Assembly (NCBI GenBank): GCA_951812955.1
Contig: OX638340.1
Coordinates: 160,001-224,000 of the forward strand
Source: an uncultured Gemmatimonadota bacterium
GTDB lineage: Bacteria; JAAXHH01
DNA length: 64,000 nt
Direction of reading: 5' to 3'
Under the pieces are notes generated by a model. It made no database searches, was not told the DNA's origin, and worked only from the letters and a program-made list of their open reading frames with translations. A program made the translations under genes and the position numbers. Every line of letters begins with the position of its first letter. Within the stretch, counting starts at the first letter, position 1. Below, in pieces: positions 17,392 through 26,399 of the stretch.

Positions 17392-18738
17392 GTGAACCCC
17401 GTTGATACATCCACCGCAGTCCCGGCATCGGCCATGCCTTCCGCCGGAGGCGACCCGGTCCCCGTCCCGGCGTTCCACGTGATGATGAAACCCCGGGGGG
17501 CCATCTGCAATCTCGATTGCAAGTACTGCTACTTCCTCGCGAAGGAGGACCTGTACCCGGGCAGCGGATTCCGCATGTCCGAAGACCTGCTCGAAGAATA
17601 CATCCGGCAGTACATCGAGGCCCAGCAGGTACCGGAAGTCACCTTTGCCTGGCAGGGCGGCGAGCCCACGCTCATGGGACTGGACTTCTTCCGCAAAGCC
17701 GTTGAATTCCAGAAAAAACACCAGAAACCGGGAACGCGGCTATTCAACTCGCTGCAGACCAACGGTACGCTCCTCGACCGGGACTGGTGCCAGTTCTTTC
17801 ATGAAAACGACTTCCTGATCGGTCTTAGCCTGGACGGCCCCCGGGCGCTGCACGACGCCTACCGGGTCGACAAGGGCGGCAAACCGACCTTCGACACCGT
17901 AATGCGCGCCGCCGAGATGATGCAGTCCCACGAGGTCGAATTCAACATACTGACCACGGTGCACGCGGCGAACGCGGGGCACCCCGTCGAAGTCTATCGC
18001 TTCATGCGGGACGTGGTGAAGACCCGCTTTATCCAGTTCATTCCTATCGTGGAGCGGGACAACGAGACAGGGTACCAGGAAGGCAACGAAGTGACGAACC
18101 GGTCGGTGACGGGGAAGCAGTACGGCCGGTTCCTGATCGGGATTTTCGACGAATGGGTACGCCGGGACGTGGGGAATATGTACGTGCAGATATTCGACGT
18201 GTCGCTCGCTGCCTGGTCGGGCCAGAGCCCGGGTCTCTGCATATTCATGGAGACCTGCGGCGATGCCCTCGCCCTGGAGCACAACGGGGATCTATATTCC
18301 TGTGATCACTATGTCGAACCGGATTACAAGCTGGGGAATATCGCCGAAATACCCATGATGGATATGGTCCTGTCCGATCAGCAGCGGGCCTTTGGACAGG
18401 CCAAACTGGACACGCTTCCGCAATACTGCCTGTCATGCGACGTGCGGTTCATCTGCAACGGGGGTTGTCCGAAGAATCGTATCATAAACACGCCCGACGG
18501 CGAACCGGGCCTGAACTACCTGTGCGAGGGGTACAAGGCCTTCTTCCACCACATCGACGGTCCCATGCAATTTATGGCCAATGAACTGCGCAACCGGCGG
18601 GCTCCCGCCAACGTGATGTCGTACATCCGCCAGCGCGAATCCGAACTTCGGAAACAGCAGCAGTTTCAATCGGTGGGGCGAAACGATCCCTGTCCTTGCG
18701 GAAGCGGCCTGAAGTACAAGCGGTGCCACGGAAGGTAG
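17392..18738 (+). CDS. anaerobic sulfatase-maturating enzyme (radical SAM, SPASM domain), with C-terminal SEC-C-like Zn motif
   Basis: radical SAM CNLDCKYCY (CxxxCxxC); SPASM Cys clusters (CDHY..., CLSCDVRFICNGGCPKNR); C-terminal DPCPCGSGLKYKRCHG; likely start GTG 17392 with GAGGAAGAG RBS (ORF track GTG 17308 also in frame). Confidence 0.8.
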   Translation: MNPVDTSTAVPASAMPSAGGDPVPVPAFHVMMKPRGAICNLDCKYCYFLAKEDLYPGSGFRMSEDLLEEYIRQYIEAQQVPEVTFAWQGGEPTLMGLDFFRKAVEFQKKHQKPGTRLFNSLQTNGTLLDRDWCQFFHENDFLIGLSLDGPRALHDAYRVDKGGKPTFDTVMRAAEMMQSHEVEFNILTTVHAANAGHPVEVYRFMRDVVKTRFIQFIPIVERDNETGYQEGNEVTNRSVTGKQYGRFLIGIFDEWVRRDVGNMYVQIFDVSLAAWSGQSPGLCIFMETCGDALALEHNGDLYSCDHYVEPDYKLGNIAEIPMMDMVLSDQQRAFGQAKLDTLPQYCLSCDVRFICNGGCPKNRIINTPDGEPGLNYLCEGYKAFFHHIDGPMQFMANELRNRRAPANVMSYIRQRESELRKQQQFQSVGRNDPCPCGSGLKYKRCHGR

Positions 18739-18806
18739 GACGGCACGCTTGCGTACCGCCCGGTTCCCGCCGGGACTGGGCCTGGACGACCGATCCTCAC
18801 ATCAAA

Positions 18807-19460
18807 TCACATATAGTAGCCGCGTTCCACCGCGAGGGTCAGGGAAAGCTCGATATCCGAGATCGCCCTTGACATGGCCTGGCCGATGAGGTCCAGCTTG
18901 CGCACCTGGTCGATGCGTTCGGTGGCCTGCGCGAGTTCCCGCGAGGACAGGATCTCCTTGAAGAGATTGCACGCGTGGGCGAGGTTGATGATCACGACGT
19001 CGCGCGGACCGGGGATCTTTTCGCTGAACAGCACTTCCATGATCCGGAGCTTGACTTCACGCTCGGCCGTTCCGTCGATGGTGGGATAGCGCCGCGACCG
19101 GAACACCCACAGGAAGTTTCCTTCTTCCCTGCTCAGGATTCCCCGTTCCACGAGCCGGTCGATAGCCGTCTCACGGATGTCGTCGGCACGGTCTACCGCG
19201 TGCTCGATCCAGTACCGTGCCCCATGTGTTTCTGGTGACGCCGCGATGTCCGCCAAAAGGGGGTCGAGGAGACTGTCACCCAAAGGGTTGGAGTCCACGA
19301 GGACCAGCTTGTCGACATCGGTATCGATACGGTTCTCGAGGGCCAGGTCCATCAACACGCCTCCGGCAAGGCCATACCGCAAGAGGCGGTCGGGCACACC
19401 CAGGAACTTCCCGTCGTCGTCGAGCGTCAGCAACATGATCTCTTCCGCGAATCTTAACAT
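18807..19460 (-). CDS. GPP34/GOLPH3-family protein
   Basis: about 218 aa from ATG at 19460 (AGGAGA RBS); ORF track start 19520 is further upstream in frame; GPP34-like helical repeat sequence. Confidence 0.5.
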   Translation of the reverse strand: MLRFAEEIMLLTLDDDGKFLGVPDRLLRYGLAGGVLMDLALENRIDTDVDKLVLVDSNPLGDSLLDPLLADIAASPETHGARYWIEHAVDRADDIRETAIDRLVERGILSREEGNFLWVFRSRRYPTIDGTAEREVKLRIMEVLFSEKIPGPRDVVIINLAHACNLFKEILSSRELAQATERIDQVRKLDLIGQAMSRAISDIELSLTLAVERGYYM

Positions 19461-19653
19461 CTTCTCTCCTGGTTTGTAATTCGTTTTAGTGCATGCCGCA
19501 GGCGACCCTGGCATCTCCAAAGTTTCTTATGTATCAATAGCCATTCCGAATAGCCATCCTGAATTCACTTATCAAATTGAAGCTTTTTATACGTGTCCAT
19601 TTTCGCGTTTGCTGTCAAGGGAATAAAGCCCTGTCGAAGGCCGTCGGACCGCT

Positions 19654-22013
19654 TCAGAAATGACGTGCCAGTTCCACGCCCCAGTAGGGCGGTTCGTTTA
19701 CGAATCCGGTCAGGTTGTTGAAATCGATACCGCCGGTGAGAGATACGTCGTCGAAGATGTTTCTGCCGACCAGGGAGATCTCCAGTCCGGACCCCCGCGC
19801 CAGGTAGGAGAGGCGGACCCCGCATTCCAAAAGCCGATCGTCCTGAAACTCCACGGATTCGTATAGAAAGAACCGGACCGCGCTGCGGTAGGCCAGATCG
19901 GCCGTGGCCACCAGGTAGGAGCCGTCCGGCAGGATCATGGGGTAGCGCAGGATGGCGTCCGCGATCCACCTGGGTGCCTGGGGCAGGCCGTTGCCGTCTA
20001 TCCTTACCGTGCCGGGCTCCCGCCCCGAGGGATCCAGCACGGTACAAGGAGCGCCACAGCCCTGTACGGCGAGTTCGTCATCTTCTATACGGGTATGATT
20101 ATAGCTCAGTCCGGTCGTAAGGCGCAGCCGGCCCGCCGGTGCGAGGGTTACTTCCGCTTCGAAACCCCTCCCCAGGGTCCGCTCCGCGTTGACCAGCCGG
20201 TTGAAATTGGCTTCGCCGCCTACCGCGGTGAGTTGCTGGTTGTGAAGACGGTAGTGAAATGCGGCCAGGTCGAGGCGAAGCCGGCCGTCCCAAAGGCGCA
20301 TTTTCGTTCCGCCTTCGATGGAATATATGGTCTCATTCCCTGCCACGGAGACCATATCGCCGAACAGCAGGCGTCCTTGTATGCTCGGTGCGCGGAACCC
20401 TCTGGCGGCGCGTATGTAAGTCTGCACGCCGGATGAGACCGTATAACGCATGCTCAGGTCGCCGCTCCACGCGCTGTCGGTGGGACTGCGGTGTATCGGT
20501 CCGATCCCACCGGCCCCGGAGACCGCTGGCGCTTCGACCCTTCTGGCGGTGTAGTCCTTCGCGTCACGGGAAAACCGCAACCCCCCGCCGATCTCCACGA
20601 TATCGCCCAGGTGCAGGGTGGAAGCCAGAAACGCGGCCCAGGCCTCGGCCTCCTGGTGTTGTCGGGTGTATCCGTCCTGCGTTCCACCGGCCAGGGTATC
20701 GTAATTGAAGTCGTCTATGTCGACCGACTCATTCAGGTAGTACAGGCCGAAAAGGTAATCGAGACGCCGGTGTTCCTGGCTGACCAGCCGGATTTCCTGG
20801 CTGACCTGGCGCAGGAAGGGGATGCCCCCCGCCGTTTCGGAAGGAAATGGTATCACGCCCGGACCGCTGGGTGGACTGAATACCGCACCGTAGCCGCCGT
20901 CTATGTCTCCGCGTGAAAAACTCTCGAGCCGTTCCATGCCTGTCAGCGAAACCAGTTCGTGGGTACCCGTCCGGTAGCGTACCTCTACCGTCATGCCATG
21001 GGAATTCAACTCCCGCGTATTTCGTCCATCTATCGCGATGCGGTCGCGGGAGAAACCTTCCGTCAGTCCGCCCCGGTCCGGTGCGATTACGTTGGCGCGG
21101 AACAATCGGGCGGAGCCGTCGAGATCCCGGCCATGGATATTGACCAGCGCTTCAAGATCCGTCACGGGTTTCCAGCGCAACTGAAATCGGCCGGCCAGTT
21201 CCAGGTACCCCCCGAGCGCTGCATTCGGACCATTGTGCTCGTTATCCACCCAGTCGCCCCTCCGCTGCGCCAGCACCGAAAGACGGGCGGTGAGTGCTGG
21301 GGATCCGAGCGGTCCGGATACCGCCCCTTCGAAAGTGGCGCTGTTGAATCGCCCGTAACCCAGGCGGCCGAAACCTTCCGGTTCCTCGGTCGGCCGGGCA
21401 GATTCCAGCTTGACGATACCGGCCGGCGTGTTCCGGCCGAAAAGCGAGCCCTGGGGACCGCGGAGCACCTCGATCCGGGCGAGGTCGAATGCGGGATAGC
21501 CCTTCAACAACGCGTTTTCGAGTACGATGCCGTCGTAGACCACGGAAACAGGCTGCGAAGCGTTCAGGTCGAAGTCCGTGTTGCCCAGGCCCCGGATGTA
21601 AAAGCGGGGGAAAATCCGGCCGTAGGAGGACTCCATATGCAAACTGGGCACCCGGTTCGAAAGGAATCGAAGGTCCATGCCCGATGAACGGAGCACTTCG
21701 GACTTCCCTTGCTGAATCGTGGAAAGGGACAGTGGGACTTCGAATGCGGGTTGTTCGCGTTTCCGCGCGGTGACCACGACCTCTTCCATCAGGATCGGTG
21801 CGCCGGCCGTGCCGCGTGTTTCCGCGTCGTCCGTGGCCTGCCGAGTGTCTGCCGAGGTGCGCGGGTCCGTGTCCTGCGCGGCCGCGTTGTTCGTTGTAAA
21901 TACAAAGATCACAGTCAGGACGGTCAGAACCGCCATTAGAAGAACGGTTTCCGCCTTGCGTCTCCGCGAAGCCTGAACGGAATCGAATATACAGTTCGCA
22001 GTCGGTGTAATCA
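19654..22013 (-). CDS. TonB-dependent outer-membrane receptor
   Basis: about 786 aa from ATG 22013; signal peptide with RRRK n-region ending AAAQD; plug-domain block LRGPQGSLFGRNTPAGIV; C-terminal aromatic terminus ...LARHF. Confidence 0.8.
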
Positions 22014-22123
22014 TATCGGCTCGAATGAAAATGTGAGTATGCGGAAAGTTCAGATCGAGTATTTTTCGAGCAATTATGGATAGCGCGGGTACGTGCGTGA
22101 TTGGCATCGAAACGGACGGCAAT

Positions 22124-22149
22124 TTGACGAGTCCGGCTCGTCCTGTCAA
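22124..22149. promoter_or_regulatory. palindromic element TTGACgagtccggctcGTCcTGTCAA (inner IR GACGAG-N5-CTCGTC) in the divergent TBDR/OMP intergenic region
   Basis: perfect 6-bp arms at 22126-22131 / 22137-22142 flanked by TTGAC / GTCAA (opposed -35-like hexamers). Confidence 0.3.
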
Positions 22150-22287
22150 GCGCAACATCTCGAACGCGGAAAGCCCATTCATTCCTTCAGCCAGGTGCGA
22201 TTCGGTCCACTGAATTCGCTTGTAAGCAGACCTTTGTGAAGGTATTTTTCGCCACAAACCTCCCTGCTCATGAATAGGAGACTAAAC

Positions 22288-23238
22288 ATGATATCGAAGT
22301 CAGCCATCCTCGCATCGGTTCTGTGCATGCTGGCATACCTTTCCTTCCCGACGGATTCTTCCGCAATGGCCGGGGAAAACCGCAGCCGCCAGGGGTTCTA
22401 CTTCGTGTTGCAGGCCGGCGTATCCGTTCCCGGCGATTTCGAGTCCACGCGAACGAACACCGACAGTGTTCCCACGAATTGCGATCAGTGGCTTCCCGGT
22501 GAGACACTGAACGATGGAACCAGGGTTCCCCTTCCGCTTTCCGAGTGCTCGACCCGAACGTTTCTTGCAAGCCCCAACCAGTTCGACCTGGGATCCGGTG
22601 TTATGGCTGGAGTCCAGATTGGTTATGCCCTTAGGGCCCTGCGCGTCGAAGGCGAGTATTTTCGCAGAGGACAGAGCGGAGCGCTCCTGCCATTGGTTAT
22701 ACCGGGGGATGAGAAACAGGCGGAATTCGTCGAGCGCAGCGAGAAGATCAGCGATTTCCGGTCAGATCACCTTTTTGCCAATCTCTATTACGACTTTAAC
22801 GGCATGCTGTCGCCAGATGCTCTGCCCTACCTGGGTGTGGGGATCGGGATGGCCAGGCAGCAGTTCTTCTATTCGGCCGTGTCCGTTCGGACGAACGACC
22901 GGGACAGAATGCGGCAACTCGGACGGAACTCTCACGCGGCCGGCCTGGCATCACTCGCCGATGCCACGCTCTCCGACAGGATATTAACGTTCCAGTTCCT
23001 CGCCGGCGTCGACTACGCCATGGGCGAGTGGTTTTCGGCCGATCTGAAACTGAGGTACGGCAGGACCGGTGAGTTTCTGGACGGCGAGAACACCTGGAGA
23101 CTGCTGCGCGGGCACGAATCCACCGTGGGACCGACTTCCGAAACCGGCTCCGATATGCCGGTTTTATACGAAATCAAGGGAAGCCCCGCTCAATTCTGGG
23201 GTATATCCCTGGGCCTGCGGTATCAAATCGGAGGCTAG
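22288..23238 (+). CDS. outer-membrane beta-barrel protein (OmpA-like/OmpW-like beta-barrel domain)
   Basis: about 316 aa from ATG 22288 (AGGAGA RBS; ORF track ATG 22270 is 18 nt upstream); signal peptide MISKSAILASVLCMLAYLSFP...AMA; alternating hydrophobic beta-strand pattern. Confidence 0.55.
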   Translation: MISKSAILASVLCMLAYLSFPTDSSAMAGENRSRQGFYFVLQAGVSVPGDFESTRTNTDSVPTNCDQWLPGETLNDGTRVPLPLSECSTRTFLASPNQFDLGSGVMAGVQIGYALRALRVEGEYFRRGQSGALLPLVIPGDEKQAEFVERSEKISDFRSDHLFANLYYDFNGMLSPDALPYLGVGIGMARQQFFYSAVSVRTNDRDRMRQLGRNSHAAGLASLADATLSDRILTFQFLAGVDYAMGEWFSADLKLRYGRTGEFLDGENTWRLLRGHESTVGPTSETGSDMPVLYEIKGSPAQFWGISLGLRYQIGG

Positions 23239-23311
23239 CGGGGGCGGCCGACCGCGTAAATGGTTGACGCGGATCGGTGAGGCCGTGGTCGGAGGCGTCC
23301 ACGGTAAGGAT

Positions 23312-23358
23312 AAAAAAAGGCGCCGAAACAGATTGCTCCGGCGCCTTTGTCGTTTTTT
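23312..23358. terminator. bidirectional rho-independent terminator between OMP gene (+) and csp (-)
   Basis: AAAAAAA-GGCGCCG-(loop)-CGGCGCC-TTTGTCGTTTTTTT; 7-bp GC stem 23319-23325/23338-23344 flanked by A-run and T-run. Confidence 0.7.
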
Positions 23359-23376
23359 TCGGGGAACTTTGCCGCT

Positions 23377-23577
23377 TTACTGCTTCGTGACGTTTGCGGC
23401 CTGGAATCCCTTGGGCCCTTCCGTGATATCGAACTCGACCGCATCACCCTCGGCTAGGGACTTGAAACCCTCTCCCTGGATCGCGGAGTAGTGTACGAAG
23501 ACGTCATCGCCACCATCGTGCTCGATAAAACCGTAGCCCTTGTGGTCGTTGAACCACTTTACTTTACCGACTGCCAA
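23377..23577 (-). CDS. cold-shock protein (CspA family)
   Basis: 66 aa; [30 protein letters not shown] = RNP1/RNP2 cold-shock domain. Confidence 0.95.
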   Translation of the reverse strand: MAVGKVKWFNDHKGYGFIEHDGGDDVFVHYSAIQGEGFKSLAEGDAVEFDITEGPKGFQAANVTKQ

Positions 23578-23739
23578 TATTGCTCACCACCTTTCAGGCA
23601 TTTGTAGATACTTCTACAGCGAAGTCTCTGTTCGACTTTCAACCCGCATATAGAAAAACGGCAGGACCGTAAGTTCTGATCCGTGCCGCATCGTTTTTTG
23701 TTTTACGATCATGCAGGAGACAGAGACAAATCCTGAAAC

Positions 23740-23769
23740 CTAATAAATCAAAACCGCCTTGAATGTCAA
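23740..23769 (-). promoter_or_regulatory. candidate sigma70-like promoter for csp with long (about 160 nt) 5' UTR
   Basis: minus-strand TTGACA (plus 23764-23769), 18-nt spacer, TATTAG (plus 23740-23745); long leaders are typical of csp genes. Confidence 0.3.
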
Positions 23770-23822
23770 CACTTTTTTCTTTTTGCGGCGTAATCGCGGT
23801 CAATCAGGTCGCCATCACCAGC

Positions 23823-25440
23823 CTATCTTTCCACACGCTCGACCCGCGCTTCCATCAGCAGCCAGGAATCGGGGTCGAGCAGGACCTCACCGGGTGCTTC
23901 GTCGAGGTCGAAGCGAAACTCGTGGGATCTCTCAAGCAACTCGATCTGCCTCCGTTGTTCCCGGTCTCCATCCGCGAAGGCCAGGGTTACGGGTAGCCGG
24001 AAAGGCTCTTGCCGCTGGGTCTGCCGTACCTGCATGGCGACTTCCCCGGTTCTCTCGTCCCATGTCCAGGTCGCCTCGACCACGGGATGTCCCGCACGGA
24101 AGATCCACTGTTCGAAGAACCAATCAAGTGAACTCCCGTACCGGGCTTCCATAACAGCCCGGAAATCCCTGGTCAACACGGTCTGGTCGCGGAATTCGCG
24201 GTAGAAGCGCCGTATGCCGTCGAAGAAGGCTTCGTCCCCCATCAGGCCCCTCAGCATGTGGAGCACCAGCCCGCCCTTGCTGTAGTTGTAAGCGTTCAAT
24301 AGATCGAACAGGTCCGTTATCGCGGGATTGATTATGGGCGCGGGAGCGCGGCGGTTCGCCTCGATATACCGGGCCCTGCTCCGGGACAGCATCTGGTGAA
24401 ATCGTTCATCGCCTTCTGCTTCTTCGAAAAACAGTGCGCCGAAGTAGGTTGCGAACCCTTCGCTGAGCCACAGGTGGTGCCAGTCGGACTCGGTCACCGA
24501 GTCGCCAAACCATTGGTGGGCGATCTCGTGGGCAATAGTCAGCTCGCCCATTTTGGCACCCAATATAGACTTTTCCGAGAAAAAGATGGCACTGGCGTTC
24601 TCCATGCCGCCGAACCGGGTGGAAGACTGTACCAGCGCGAGTTTCGCGTAGGGATAAGGCCCAATCAGGTCGGTGTAGAAGGCCAGCATGTCCGTGGAAC
24701 GGGAAAAATCCGTTATTCCCGCGTCCCGGTCGCCGGGAAAGAGGTAGTATGAAACGGGGATCCCCTGCCAGGACCCCGGTCGGATAATAGAAAAGCGCGC
24801 TGCTCCGACGACCATGCAGTAGGTGGGGATGGGCGCGTCGGTCTTCCAGTGCGTTCGTTTCCTTGCAGGCGAGAGGGTCGTCGTTTCCAACAGACGGCCA
24901 TTGGCCACTACGTCGTAGGCCGCGGGCGCGGTGACGATGAACTCGGCCGTGGCCTTGTCATAGGGGTGGTCCACCCCGGGGAACCAGTGCCGGGCCCGGT
25001 TCGGCCAGTTGTCCGCGAACACCGACCGGTCGCCGAACTTGTTCGCCTGGATGAACAGGCCGTCCACGGGCTCGCCGTGATAGATCACTGCCACCGCAAC
25101 CGTGTCGCCCACGGCATGGCCGTCCCCCAGCGTAACGCGCAATCGGCCGTCCCGGTGCTCAAAGGCCGCGATTTCGCCGTCGACCGTCACCCGGTCCACG
25201 GTGAGCGAACCCAGGTCGAGGGGCAGGACGTCCCGTCTGCCGGCCAGCATCGCCGCCAGGATCGTGGTTTCGCCCTGGATGGCCTTGCCTGTTTCACCGA
25301 TATCCAGGCTGATCCGGTAATGGAGGATGTCCACGTCGTCCAGGCGGGCGTATCCGTCGCTGGCCTGGCCGGCAGCGGGCGAAAGGCCCGGGAGGAGCAG
25401 CACCGCCGTGATGATCCACCTAGTGATCCACTTCTTCATG
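23823..25440 (-). CDS. M1-family zinc aminopeptidase (aminopeptidase N-like), secreted
   Basis: about 539 aa from ATG 25440 (GGAGGAACACAAC-ATG RBS); signal peptide MKKWITRWIITAVLLLPGLSPAAG; HEIAHQWFGD (HExxH) followed by WLSEGFATY. Confidence 0.85.
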
Positions 25441-25516
25441 TTGTGTTCCTCCTTGACACGTTTCGCGGTCTTTCTCATATATTCTCCGCACACTTCCATC
25501 CATAACGAAAGGGCCG

Positions 25517-26302
25517 ATGGGCATGGTCCGTCTTACAGACGAGGACATCCGATTCTTCGTCCGCGAAGGCTACCTGATCAAACGCGGCGTGCTGAACCCC
25601 GACCTGATGGCCATGGGACGGGAACGCATGTGGCGGAATCTGCCGCCTCCCCTCGAACGCGGTAAACCGGCAACCTGGATCGGACCCTTTGCCGAACCGG
25701 TCGACGACGGCGCGTCCCACAGGCACAGGTTCATGTGGAAGTACCGGGAACCCGGCGGAGAGGACTGGATGTTGCGACTCCTGGCCACCGATCCTTCCGT
25801 GATGGGCATGGCGGAACAGCTCCTGGGGGAAGGAACGCTGGTCGACCCAGATCGCATCCGCGGTATTTACTGCGTCCTGCCCGAGGGCGACGCACCGCCC
25901 CGTCCCCTGGGTTGCCACGTGGACGCCCATCCCTTTCACCTCGGCGTCGTGGGATACATCGACGACGTGAGTCCGAAGGGTGGCGGATTCACCGTCTGGC
26001 CGGGCAGCCATCGGATATTCTATCCCGATTTCCCCACGCGTTACTGCTTCGAACGAACCCCCTCGTACCAGGCGCACCTGGAAGAGGTGAACCGGATGCC
26101 TTACGCAGACTGTCACGGCAATGCCGGAGACATCGTCTTCTGGCACCACCGCATGGGCCATTCAGTCGGCCACAACCGGTCCACCCGGATCCGCCAGGCG
26201 GTCCTCTACGACTACAAGCGGACGGACCTGGACGAGAACGCGCCTCCCGGCGACAACATGTGGGTGGATTGGCCCGGCGTCCGTGCCGTTTTAGCATCTT
26301 GA
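25517..26302 (+). CDS. phytanoyl-CoA dioxygenase (PhyH) family Fe(II)/2-oxoglutarate oxygenase
   Basis: 261 aa; PhyH-like N-term (DIRFFVREGYLI), metal-binding HVDAHP and distal His. Confidence 0.6.
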   Translation: MGMVRLTDEDIRFFVREGYLIKRGVLNPDLMAMGRERMWRNLPPPLERGKPATWIGPFAEPVDDGASHRHRFMWKYREPGGEDWMLRLLATDPSVMGMAEQLLGEGTLVDPDRIRGIYCVLPEGDAPPRPLGCHVDAHPFHLGVVGYIDDVSPKGGGFTVWPGSHRIFYPDFPTRYCFERTPSYQAHLEEVNRMPYADCHGNAGDIVFWHHRMGHSVGHNRSTRIRQAVLYDYKRTDLDENAPPGDNMWVDWPGVRAVLAS

Positions 26303-26396
26303 CATGTGGGTAGACTGGCCCGGCGTCCGTGCCGTTTTAGCATCTTGACATGTGGGGTAGACTGGCCAGGCGTCCGTGCCTTACTGGCGTCTTGAA
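26256..26396. repeat. three tandem ~46-bp copies of the last 14 codons + stop of the PhyH gene (third copy degenerate)
   Basis: ACATGTGGGTGGATTGGCCCGGCGTCCGTGCCGTTTTAGCATCTTG at 26256-26301, near-identical copy 26302-26347, diverged copy 26348-~26396; copy 1 contains the genuine TGA stop (26300-26302). Confidence 0.8.
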
Positions 26397-26399
26397 TCC

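Noticed and set aside
19546-19563. Short direct repeat AATAGCCAT x2 between TBDR and GPP34 genes
   Set aside because: Only 9 bp, two copies; within chance expectation for this window.
22270-22287. Upstream ATG (MNRRLN...) as start of the OMP gene
   Set aside because: The AGGAGA Shine-Dalgarno sits between this ATG and the next ATG (22288), which begins a canonical signal peptide; 22288 preferred.
26256-26396. CRISPR array interpretation of the 46-bp tandem repeats (and of the 2811-2870 and 54587-54633 repeats)
   Set aside because: Units abut directly with no unique spacers; the first unit is coding sequence of the upstream gene; no cas genes in the window.
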